This document shows positions 27,656 to 36,112 of a DNA stretch of 64,000 nt, one piece after another. The notes beneath the pieces are model-generated. The model was not told the origin of the DNA. It saw only the letters and a program-made list of their open reading frames with translations, and did no database searches. The stretch lies in assembly GCA_963783305.1 (NCBI GenBank), contig CAWAMW010000002.1, forward strand, positions 480,001-544,000, written 5' to 3'. Both the position numbers and the translations under genes were made by a program. This DNA is from an uncultured Gemmatimonadales bacterium (GTDB lineage: Bacteria; Gemmatimonadota; Gemmatimonadetes; Longimicrobiales; RSA9). The stretch's first letter is position 1. The number at the start of each line of letters is the position of its first letter.

Positions 27656-29578
27656 ATGAGAATAGGGACGGACGGATCGGGACGGGGCCTGCTGACGGTC
27701 CTGGCACTGGTAGTGGGAGGAACGTTCCTGGGGGCCGGTGTCCGATGGCGGGGGATGGAAGCGTCGGGAGCGGAGGCCGCTGCGGTCACTGCGGTATCGC
27801 AGGACCCAGGGGCGGTCTTCGCCGTGTTGCCGGACCAGATGCCGGGCGCCGAGGAGGACACCCCGGAGCTGGTGGAGCTCGGGCGTAAACTGTATTTCGA
27901 GACGGCGTTCTCGGGCGACGGATCCATGTCGTGCAACACCTGCCACCGGATCGACGAGGAGCTGGCGGGGACGGACTATCAGAGGACGTCGAAGGGGGTC
28001 CGCGGCAACATGGGGCCGCGCAACTCGCCGACCACGCTGAACGCCGGGTACCAGATGGGCCAGTTCTGGGACGCCCGGGCCAGGGACCTCCAGGAGCAGG
28101 CGGGCGGCCCTCCCCTTAATCCCATCGAGATGGCCATGCCCGACTCGGCGGCCGCCGAGAACGCGCTCGGGGCCCTCCCCCACTACCGTGAAGCCTTCGC
28201 GGCGGCGTTCCCCGGCGAGGCTCAGCCGGTCACATTCACGAACATGACGCGCGCCATAGCGGCCTTCGAGCGGACGCTGCGTACGCCCGCTCGGCTGGAC
28301 GCGTACCTGGAGGGCGACCATGGCGCGCTCACCGAGGCGGAGATCCGAGGGATGCAGACCTACGTGGACGTGGGCTGCGCTACCTGCCACCGGGGCGCGC
28401 TCCTGGGCGGTGACCGCATGATGAAGATGGGGCAGGTCCACGCCTACACCTGGAGCGACGACCAGGGGGCGGGCGGCCAGATGTTCAAGGTGCCCCAGCT
28501 GCGCAACGTCACCCTGACACCGCCCTACTTCCACGACGGGCAGGCGGAGACCATCGCGGAAGCGGTGGACCGGATGGCATGGCTCCAGCTCGGTCGAGAG
28601 CTGGAGCGGGACGAGATGCTCGACATCCTGCGCTTCCTGACCGCCACGGCCGACGTGGAGCGAACGGTGGAGGACTCCTGGCCCGAGGAGGGCTGGTGGC
28701 AGCCGCGCTCGCCCCGCACCGTCCCCGAGGGTGAGGCCGCCTACGGTCTGCGCCTGCTGACAGAGACCCCCGAGCTTCTGGGCCTCGACGACGGGACGGC
28801 CGGACACGCGGTGGGCAACGACCTGAGCTGCACCAGCTGTCACCAGGATCAGGGTGTGAAGCGCTACGGGATGCCATGGGTCGGTGTCACCGACCGCTAC
28901 CCGACGTTCCGGGGCCGCTCGGGTGCTGTGGCGGGGCTCGACGCCCGGATCAACGGGTGCATGGAGCGCAGCATGAACGGCCAGCCCATCGATCCCGACA
29001 GCCGCGAGATGAAGGCCATGCAGGCCTACTTCGCCTGGCTGTCGGAGAGCGTGCCGGAAGACCTCGAGGGCGCGGGCACGCCCGAATTCGACCGCCCGGA
29101 GCGGCGCGCGGACCTGGAGGCAGGCCGCGTTGTCTACACGGGCAAATGCCACTCGTGCCACGGACCCCACGGCACCGGGTACGAGAACCGGGCGGGGCGG
29201 GTGATCGTGCCACCGCTCTGGGGCGACCGCAGCTACAACGAGGGTGCGGGCATGACGCGCACCCTCACGGCCGCGCCGTTCATCCAGGCGAACATGCCCC
29301 TGGGCACACCGTTCAACCGGCCGACGCTCAGCGCGGAAGAGGCCTATGACGTGGCCGCGTTCATGAACTCGCACGAGCGGCCCATCAAGGTCAGGAAGAA
29401 CACCGATTACCCGAACCTGCTGGACAAGCCGATCGACGCGCCATACCCGCCGTACGCCGACGACTACCCGGTGGATCAGCACCGATTCGGGCCGTTCGGG
29501 CCCATCGAGCGGGCGCACGAGCGGATGAAGCAGCGGACGGACAGCGTCCCGAACCCGTACGTGGAGAAGGGCCGCTAG
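27656..29578 (+). CDS. Tetraheme fusion: cytochrome c peroxidase (CCP/MauG) domain plus TsdA-like thiosulfate dehydrogenase domain
   Basis: N half: CNTCH, NSPT, QFWD, NPIEM, CATCH, FKVP.LRN..TPPYFHDG. C half: CTSCH, RINGCMERSMNG, CHSCHG, PPLWG..SYN.GAGM, NMP. Confidence 0.9.
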   Translation: MRIGTDGSGRGLLTVLALVVGGTFLGAGVRWRGMEASGAEAAAVTAVSQDPGAVFAVLPDQMPGAEEDTPELVELGRKLYFETAFSGDGSMSCNTCHRIDEELAGTDYQRTSKGVRGNMGPRNSPTTLNAGYQMGQFWDARARDLQEQAGGPPLNPIEMAMPDSAAAENALGALPHYREAFAAAFPGEAQPVTFTNMTRAIAAFERTLRTPARLDAYLEGDHGALTEAEIRGMQTYVDVGCATCHRGALLGGDRMMKMGQVHAYTWSDDQGAGGQMFKVPQLRNVTLTPPYFHDGQAETIAEAVDRMAWLQLGRELERDEMLDILRFLTATADVERTVEDSWPEEGWWQPRSPRTVPEGEAAYGLRLLTETPELLGLDDGTAGHAVGNDLSCTSCHQDQGVKRYGMPWVGVTDRYPTFRGRSGAVAGLDARINGCMERSMNGQPIDPDSREMKAMQAYFAWLSESVPEDLEGAGTPEFDRPERRADLEAGRVVYTGKCHSCHGPHGTGYENRAGRVIVPPLWGDRSYNEGAGMTRTLTAAPFIQANMPLGTPFNRPTLSAEEAYDVAAFMNSHERPIKVRKNTDYPNLLDKPIDAPYPPYADDYPVDQHRFGPFGPIERAHERMKQRTDSVPNPYVEKGR

Positions 29579-29684
29579 CCACGATGATCCAGCGCCAGCG
29601 CCCCGGGCTCGCCTTTGCGGGTCCGGGGCGCCGGTCCTCGTCGGGGATGGATCGAGCGGAGTCCGAAGCGCGGGCGGGTGCCGT

Positions 29685-29924
29685 CTACCACTTCTGCCCG
29701 TGACACGAGTAGCAAGACGGCTCCCCGTTCGTTCCGCCTTGCAGATCCGCGCCGTGGCACGCGGTGCAATTGGCCGTGGGGTCCTCCAGGCCCGGCCTGT
29801 GCGCCACACCGTCCTTGTTCACCGTGTGACCTTGCGGCGCGTCGGGCGGGAGCGTGGGATCCTCACCGCACCCGACGAGTCCCCCACCGAGCACCAACGC
29901 CAGAGTCAGGAGTAACACGCGCAC
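29685..29924 (-). CDS. Very small diheme c-type cytochrome lipoprotein
   Basis: GTG start at 29924 with GGAGG RBS; lipobox LVGC; CTACH and CYSCH plus two additional His. Confidence 0.85.
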   Translation of the reverse strand: MRVLLLTLALVLGGGLVGCGEDPTLPPDAPQGHTVNKDGVAHRPGLEDPTANCTACHGADLQGGTNGEPSCYSCHGQKW

Positions 29925-30007
29925 GAGCACCTCCGGGTTGGGTTCGAGGGGGACCGCCATTCGCGATGGCGATTCCCGGACCACCCGCTTACGTCGGGTT
30001 GATCGGT

Positions 30008-31060
30008 TCAGTCCGTGGCCAGCCCTGGCGACTCCACGGACCGCGGCAGCACCGGCTCGTTGATATAGTCGAACGGCACCCGGCCCGTCAGCGAGCGCAG
30101 CCACGCGGTGATGTCGGCGACCTGCGCGTCGTCCAGCTCAACTCCGAGCTGATGGCGCCCCATCAGCCGCACCGCGTCCTGGAGCCGCTGAACCGACCCG
30201 TCATGGAAGTACGGCCACGTCTCTTCGATGTTGCGCAGCGACGGCACCTTGAATACCTGGTGGTCCGCTTCGTCGCCCGTGACCGCAAAGCGGCCGTCGT
30301 CCTCGCTCGAGAACCACGGCTTTACCAGCCCGGCCTTCCGGTATGTGCTGCCGCCCACGTACGCGCCGGTGTGGCACGTCCCGCAGCCCACCTGCGCGTA
30401 CGTTTCGAAGCCCTTCTTCTCCTGGTCGCTCAGCGCACCCTCGTCGCCGCCCAGGTAGGCGTCCCAACGCGACGGCGTGACGAGCCCGCGCTCGAACGCA
30501 CCGATGGCACGGCCGAAATTCTCGAACGTCACCGGTCCCGCCTCACCCGGGAACGCTGCGCGGAACGCCTCGACGTAGCCCGGAATCCCATTCAGCACGG
30601 TGACGACATCGTCACCCGTCGACATCCCCATCTCGACGGGGTTCAGCACCGGGCCCAGCGCCTGCGCCTCCACGTCCGGCGCGCGGCCGTCCCAGAACTG
30701 CGAGACGTGGCCCGCGGCGTTGTAGACGGTCGGCTCGTTGCGCCCGCCCATCGAGCCATCGTGGCCGACACCGGTGCGGCGGTGGCTCGTGCCGTAGTCG
30801 TGCAGCGGGTGGCAGACGTAGCAGGAAACGTCACCGCTCGCCGAGACGCGCGTGTCGTAATACAGCATCCGGCCGAGTGCGACCTTCTCGGCGGTGGCCG
30901 GGTTCTCACCGGACGCCATCGTCTCCGGCAGCGGCGCAAAGCTGGCGAGCAGCCCGGGATCGATGCCCGCCTGCGTCGGCCGCGGCGCTTCCCTCGTGTC
31001 CCCGCCGCACGCGCTGACGAGCACGTACAGCGCGATCGTCCCGATCTTCAGCGTCTTCAT
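30008..31060 (-). CDS. ccp: Diheme cytochrome c peroxidase (lipoprotein)
   Basis: CYVCH, GVGH, NEPTVYN, QFWDGRA, NPVEMGM, CGTCH, FKVPSLRN, MGRHQLG. Confidence 0.93.
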   Translation of the reverse strand: MKTLKIGTIALYVLVSACGGDTREAPRPTQAGIDPGLLASFAPLPETMASGENPATAEKVALGRMLYYDTRVSASGDVSCYVCHPLHDYGTSHRRTGVGHDGSMGGRNEPTVYNAAGHVSQFWDGRAPDVEAQALGPVLNPVEMGMSTGDDVVTVLNGIPGYVEAFRAAFPGEAGPVTFENFGRAIGAFERGLVTPSRWDAYLGGDEGALSDQEKKGFETYAQVGCGTCHTGAYVGGSTYRKAGLVKPWFSSEDDGRFAVTGDEADHQVFKVPSLRNIEETWPYFHDGSVQRLQDAVRLMGRHQLGVELDDAQVADITAWLRSLTGRVPFDYINEPVLPRSVESPGLATD

Positions 31061-31412
31061 CCTGATCCTCCTCAAAGTTGCCACGATCTCTCAGTCGCCG
31101 CCTCGTTCCCACGCCCAAGATCACGCCGGCCCTTGGCCGCGGGTATCCCACATCCGTCGCGGACGGGCACGCAGCCACGCCATTTCCGGGCGTATCCGAC
31201 AGATGACGGAGTCGCGCGATACACGCGCCCTCGCTAGCCTCCGAACCATGCGGCGAGCGCGGCGGGCGGGCCGCAGCCGGTGCGTTGATCACGAGCGAGC
31301 AGGGTCGCCGCCCGGGGGGTGGTCCGGGGCACGCCCTCTGCAAGGTGGCACGGAAACCGGGGCGCAGGCGTCGGCATCGACGGGGCCCCTCCACTGCGAG
31401 ACGGGAACAGCG

Positions 31413-32138
31413 ATGCGAACGAACACGGGGCGGGGTCTGATGATCGCGGTCGCGATGATAGTGTGGTTGGGTATGGCCGGGCACGGATCGGCGGCCGCCC
31501 AGACCACAGGCCGCACGATCGTGATGGAGGGCAACGGGCGCGGCGCGCAGGCATGCGAAACGTGCCACGGCATCACGGGTGCGGGCCAGCCGGCCATGGG
31601 GGCTCCCCGCCTCTCGATCCTCTCGGCGAGCTATATGACGGCTCAGCTCGAGGCGTTTCGACAAGGAACGCGGGAGAACCCGCTGATGACGCCCACCGCC
31701 AAGGCGTTGAACCAGGAGGAGAGCCGCGCCGTTGCCGAGTACTACGCCGGGGTGAGCGGAGACACGAGCGGGGACCCCGGTCCGGGCACCGTGCCCGACT
31801 CCATCACTGGCGACCGGGCGCTGGGAGAGCGTCTCGTCCGGCAGGGTGACTGGAGCCGGACGATCCCACCGTGCATGAGCTGCCACGGCCCTGGCGCGGC
31901 GGGGGTGGACCCCGGCTTCCCGGGGCTCGCCGGGCAGGACGCGGGCTACCTTTTGGGTCAGCTCCGCTCCTGGCGGGAGGGCCAGCGCAGCGGCGACCCA
32001 CTGGCTCTCATGGGCACCATCGCGAAGCGGCTCACGGAGGAGGATTCCCGAGGGGTGGCGGTGTACCTGGCCAGTCTCGTCCCGGCGGGTGGGGGTGCCT
32101 CGGACAACGGCGACGGCGCCACGGGAGGCCCGCGATGA
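31413..32138 (+). CDS. tsdB: Diheme c4-type cytochrome, TsdB-like electron acceptor
   Basis: CETCH and CMSCH, c4 motifs (P.L....Y...QL..F...R.N..M); ATGA overlap with tsdA. Confidence 0.8.
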   Translation: MRTNTGRGLMIAVAMIVWLGMAGHGSAAAQTTGRTIVMEGNGRGAQACETCHGITGAGQPAMGAPRLSILSASYMTAQLEAFRQGTRENPLMTPTAKALNQEESRAVAEYYAGVSGDTSGDPGPGTVPDSITGDRALGERLVRQGDWSRTIPPCMSCHGPGAAGVDPGFPGLAGQDAGYLLGQLRSWREGQRSGDPLALMGTIAKRLTEEDSRGVAVYLASLVPAGGGASDNGDGATGGPR

Positions 32139-33019
32139 GGGCCGGCAGAGGGACGGCGGTCGCTCTGGGGCTCGGGTTGCTTCTCGCGCTCACGGGGTGC
32201 GGCGATGCCGGAGACGAGGGGGCGGCGGCATCCGCAGAGGGCGTGGGCACCGGCGACGTCGCCTTCACCCCGCCCTCCGAGGACAGCATCCCGGACGGCC
32301 CCTACGGCGACATGGTCCGCCAGGGCCGGGACCTGTTCGTGAACACCCAGCAGCTGAAGGGCACGTACGTGGCCAACGACCTGTCGTGCGGGAACTGTCA
32401 CCTCGGCGGCGGCCGGCTGCGGAATTCGGCGCCCTTGTGGGCCGCGTTCCCCATGTACCCCGCCTACCGCGGCAAGAACGACAGGGTCAATACCATGACC
32501 GACCGGATCCAGGGGTGCTTCCGCTACAGCATGGACGGGACCCCGCCACCGGCCGACAGCGACGTCATGACCGCTCTCCTCACGTACATGGGATGGATGT
32601 CACGGGGTGCGCCCGTGGGCGAGGCGCTCCCGGGACGCGGCTACCCGGAGCTCGACGACCCGGCCCGCAGCCCCGACCCGACGCGGGGCGCCGAGGTCTA
32701 CGCCGCGAAGTGCGCGCTGTGCCACGGAGAAGACGGGCTGGGCCGCAGCTCGGCCGACGGCACGGTGGTCTTCCCTCCACTCTGGGGGGACGCCTCGTTC
32801 AACTGGGGCGCCGGCATGCACCGGATCAACACAGCCGCGGCGTTCATCATGGCCAATATGCCGTTCAGCCAGCCGGGCACACTGACCGAGGAGCAGGCGT
32901 GGGACGTGGCCGCGTTCGTGAATGGCCACGACCGGCCCGAGGATCCGCGTTTCACCGGTAGTGTGGCGCGCACGGACAGCCTCTTCCACGACCACATGTG
33001 CCGGTACGGGGAGCGCTGA
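32135..33019 (+). CDS. tsdA: Thiosulfate dehydrogenase/tetrathionate reductase TsdA (lipoprotein)
   Basis: CGNCH, RIQGCFRYSM (active-site Cys), CALCH, PPLWG..SFNWGAGM, NMP. Confidence 0.88.
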   Translation: MRAGRGTAVALGLGLLLALTGCGDAGDEGAAASAEGVGTGDVAFTPPSEDSIPDGPYGDMVRQGRDLFVNTQQLKGTYVANDLSCGNCHLGGGRLRNSAPLWAAFPMYPAYRGKNDRVNTMTDRIQGCFRYSMDGTPPPADSDVMTALLTYMGWMSRGAPVGEALPGRGYPELDDPARSPDPTRGAEVYAAKCALCHGEDGLGRSSADGTVVFPPLWGDASFNWGAGMHRINTAAAFIMANMPFSQPGTLTEEQAWDVAAFVNGHDRPEDPRFTGSVARTDSLFHDHMCRYGER

Positions 33020-33087
33020 GTACCGGATAGAGGAAGCCAGACTCGGATAAGCAGGACCGATTCAGGACCTCCGCCCGTTGTCGTTGG

Positions 33088-33279
33088 TCAGGCCAGGGCC
33101 GCCTCGATGGCGGCGAGCTCGTCGGCGGCGAAGGCCGGGGCGTCGAGGGCGGCAATGTTGGACTCGACCTGGGCTACGCGGTCGAGGGCCCCGTGTTCGC
33201 GAGCGGCGCGGGAGTCGGAGGGGATGGCGTCGAGACAGCGGTCTGTAAGTAGGCCCTGGGCGCGGGGGGAGAAGACGAT
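33088..33279 (-). pseudogene. Aldo/keto reductase remnant with an internal deletion
   Basis: Hand translation IVFSPRAQGLLTDRCLDAIPSDSRAAREHGALDRVAQVESNIAALDAPAFAADELAAIEAALA*; no start codon. Confidence 0.7.
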
Positions 33280-33302
33280 CCGACGAGCGCGACAGGTATT
33301 CT

Positions 33303-33359
33303 GGACCGGGGGAGCTCCGGCGACCCGCCGGGCCGGCAGGGCGGGGTTTGCCCCGGTCC
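33303..33359. terminator. GC-rich hairpin downstream of the thioredoxin-like gene
   Basis: GGACCGGGG...CCCCGGTCC arms. Confidence 0.45.
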
Positions 33360-33610
33360 TACGAAGCCGTGGCGGCCTCGGCAGCCAGCAGCTTCTTCAC
33401 CTGCTCGACGGACAGCAGGTGTCCCGATGACTTCACGTCACCGTCCACCGCCAGGGCCGGCGTCATGGCCACGCCCATCCGGGCGATGTCCTTGATCTTC
33501 TCCACCTTCTCGATCTCGGCGGCCAGGCCGAGCTCGGCGATGGCCTTTTCGGCGTTGGCCGTGAGGGCCTTGCACTTGGGACAGCCGGTTCCGAGGATCT
33601 GCACCTTCAT
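33359..33610 (-). CDS. Small thioredoxin-like protein (MTH895/TM0996 type)
   Basis: MKVQILGTGCPKC...TPALAVDG. Confidence 0.9.
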   Translation of the reverse strand: MKVQILGTGCPKCKALTANAEKAIAELGLAAEIEKVEKIKDIARMGVAMTPALAVDGDVKSSGHLLSVEQVKKLLAAEAATAS

Positions 33611-33659
33611 GGTCATTCTCCGTGCGTGGGTATCGTATGTGGGCTCAGCCACGACCGCC

Positions 33660-35072
33660 TCAGACGATCGCGCCGTAGATCATCCCGGCCGTCGTAGCCA
33701 TGACGATCGTGAGGGCCAGGAAGGCCAGCGTCTTCTTCGTGCCGATGAAGCTCCGGATCACCAGAATGCTCGGGAGCGAGAGCGCCGGGCCGGCGAGGAG
33801 CAGGGTCAGGGCGGGACCGTCACCCATCCCGGCGCCCATGAGACCCTGGAGGATCGGCACCTCCGTTAGGGTGGCGAAGTACATGAACGCGCCCGCCACG
33901 GAGGCGAACAGGTTCGCGCCCAGCGAGTTCCCGCCTACGGCCTCCGCCACCCACGCCGACGGGATCAGCCCTTCATGGCCGGGGCGCCCCAGGAGCATCC
34001 CGGCGATCAGGATCCCGATGAACAGGAGCGGGAAGATCTGCTTCGCGAACCCCCACGACGCGTCGAACCACTCCCCCGCCTCGCCCCCGCTGGTGCTGGC
34101 GGCGATGGACAGCCCCACGGTGGCCGCGCCAAACGCGATCAGCGGCTCGTGGGGGAAGAGGAGGGCGAGGGCGGCGGTCACCACCGTTGTCGCCCCGACC
34201 TCGAGGGCGCTCATGCGGATCCAGCGCACCAGCGCATACGCCAGGACGAGCCCGGAGGCGGCCGTGATCTTCCACTTGGCGCCGTAGAGCGCGAACCAGA
34301 AGCCTTCCGTGGTGTCGGGCGCGCCCCAGTTGGCGAATACGAGCACGGCCACCATGGCGCCGAAGAAGGTGGCGGTCTGCCAGAGGGGGCGAGCGTCACC
34401 GGCGTCGTCGTCCGGCCCCACCATCCACTGGCGCGACCGCTCCAGCTCCGAGCGCCGGAAGATCAGGTGCATGAGCAGGCCGATCATCAGCGCGAAGACC
34501 ACGGCGCCCACCGCGCGCGCGATTCCGATCTCCACGCCCAGCACGTTCGCCGTCAGAACAATGGCCAGCACGTTGATGGCCGGACCCGAGTAGAGGAACG
34601 CCGACGCGGGGCCCAGGCCGGCACCATTCGCGTAGATTCCGCCGAAGAGGGGCAGCACCGTGCACGAGCAGACCGCCAGCAGCGTCCCCGAGACCGAGGC
34701 CACACCATAGGCGACAGGCTTCGGCGCCGTCGGGCCCAGGTATTTCAGCACCGCCTGCTGACTCAGGAACACCGATATGGCGCCAGCGATGAAGAACGCC
34801 GGCACCAGGCACAGCAGCACGTGCTCCTGCGCGTACCACTTCGTCAGCGCCAGCGCCTCGGTCACCGCGCTATCGAAGCGGGCGTTCCCCACCGGGAGGA
34901 AGTAGAAGACGAGGAAGACGCCGGCGATCCACGCCAGCGGCTTCCATTCCGAGCCCCAGTCCGTGGCGCCCGGCTCCGCTCGCCGCCGCGCCCACCACTG
35001 CGCCAGAGGGCGGCTCAGCGACGCACCAGCCCCCACCGCAGCCCGCTCCTCAACCCGCCCCCGCACGCTCAT
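33660..35072 (-). CDS. DUF318/ArsP-like permease
   Basis: HVLLCLVPAFFIAGAI, AVCSCTVLP, FLYSGPAIN, MYFATLTEVP. Confidence 0.88.
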   Translation of the reverse strand: MSVRGRVEERAAVGAGASLSRPLAQWWARRRAEPGATDWGSEWKPLAWIAGVFLVFYFLPVGNARFDSAVTEALALTKWYAQEHVLLCLVPAFFIAGAISVFLSQQAVLKYLGPTAPKPVAYGVASVSGTLLAVCSCTVLPLFGGIYANGAGLGPASAFLYSGPAINVLAIVLTANVLGVEIGIARAVGAVVFALMIGLLMHLIFRRSELERSRQWMVGPDDDAGDARPLWQTATFFGAMVAVLVFANWGAPDTTEGFWFALYGAKWKITAASGLVLAYALVRWIRMSALEVGATTVVTAALALLFPHEPLIAFGAATVGLSIAASTSGGEAGEWFDASWGFAKQIFPLLFIGILIAGMLLGRPGHEGLIPSAWVAEAVGGNSLGANLFASVAGAFMYFATLTEVPILQGLMGAGMGDGPALTLLLAGPALSLPSILVIRSFIGTKKTLAFLALTIVMATTAGMIYGAIV

Positions 35073-35085
35073 CGCTGACCCCTCC

Positions 35086-35487
35086 TCACCGGACCGCTGA
35101 CGCCATATCGCCCGACCGATCGCTGCGCCGGGCCGCGTCCTCCGCCGACCGCCCTTCGGCTCTCGCGGACCGGATCCTGACCAGCAGCGGCGCTGAATCC
35201 GGCAGAGGACGATTCGCCAGCAGCCCCCGGAGCAGGACCAGGATCGCCGACAGGTCCCCATCCGGAACCCGCGGCAACCGGTAGTTCACGATCAGCCCGT
35301 CCCGCTCGTCCTCCAGCACCCCGGCGTCCCGCAGGTACCGCAGGTGCCGCGAGGCCTTCGGCTGTGTGATCCCCAGGATCTGCTCCACCTCGCAGACGCA
35401 CAGGGATTCGTGCCGGAAGATGAGCCCCATGATCCGGAGCCGGGTCTCGTTCGACAGCGCCTTGAAGATCTGGTCCAGACGTCGCAT
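35086..35487 (-). CDS. arsR: ArsR/SmtB family repressor
   Basis: FKALSNETRLRI...LCVCE...SRHLRYLRDAG; heads the permease-thioredoxin operon. Confidence 0.92.
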   Translation of the reverse strand: MRRLDQIFKALSNETRLRIMGLIFRHESLCVCEVEQILGITQPKASRHLRYLRDAGVLEDERDGLIVNYRLPRVPDGDLSAILVLLRGLLANRPLPDSAPLLVRIRSARAEGRSAEDAARRSDRSGDMASAVR

Positions 35488-35495
35488 GGCCCCTC

Positions 35496-35513
35496 TAATC
35501 GAATAGTCGATTA
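35496..35513. promoter_or_regulatory. Inverted repeat TAATCGA-ATAG-TCGATTA, probable ArsR operator
   Basis: Same position and core as 367..384. Confidence 0.7.
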
Positions 35514-35587
35514 AAGGATGGGACGACTCCGGCCTCGGGGAAGTAGGGTAATCCCTGATTTTCGGCCTGAGGGTTTCCCCACACCCT

Positions 35588-36106
35588 CTACCAGCCTGAT
35601 GTTCCCGGCGCCCCCTTGATCGGGCCGGTGAGGTTCGGGGTCACCCAGCCGCCATAGAAGCCACCGGGCTGCGGCTCCGCGCGCATCGCCCCTACCCACG
35701 CCTCATCGACCCTGCCGGCATAGAACGCGACCCACCCGGCGATCGGGCGAAAGGAAGGCGTCGGGTCGGGGTAGCTCCACGCGATCTGCCGGACCGGGTC
35801 GGCCCCCTGTTCCAGTGTCCAGTATCGTGCGCGCCCCTTCCACTCGCAGACGGAGCCGTGCTCCCCCGGCGTCAGCAGGTCCATCCGCACGTCCTCCGGC
35901 GGGAAGTAGTACACCGGTGCTCCTGCTGTCTCCACCACGCGTCGCCCCCGTGAAGTGCGGGCCAGTTCTTCGCCGCGCCGAATCACCAGCAGATCGGCCT
36001 CCACCGTCTCGATGCGCGGCGGTCGAGGATAGTCCCAAACGGACTCCTGGCCCGGCCCCGGCTCCTCCGCCCACGCCGGACGCTCGATCCCGATCCAGCG
36101 CCACAT
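35588..36106 (-). CDS. DUF427 domain protein
   Basis: QESVWDYPRPP, ET...PVYYFP, CEWKG.A.Y, AWSYP.P, GGFYGGW. Confidence 0.88.
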   Translation of the reverse strand: MWRWIGIERPAWAEEPGPGQESVWDYPRPPRIETVEADLLVIRRGEELARTSRGRRVVETAGAPVYYFPPEDVRMDLLTPGEHGSVCEWKGRARYWTLEQGADPVRQIAWSYPDPTPSFRPIAGWVAFYAGRVDEAWVGAMRAEPQPGGFYGGWVTPNLTGPIKGAPGTSGW

Positions 36107-36112
36107 TCGGCT

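Noticed and set aside
27656..33019. Sox pathway or MauG/methylamine utilisation assignment
   Set aside because: No soxB/Y/Z or mau structural genes in the window; motifs fit TsdA and CcP better
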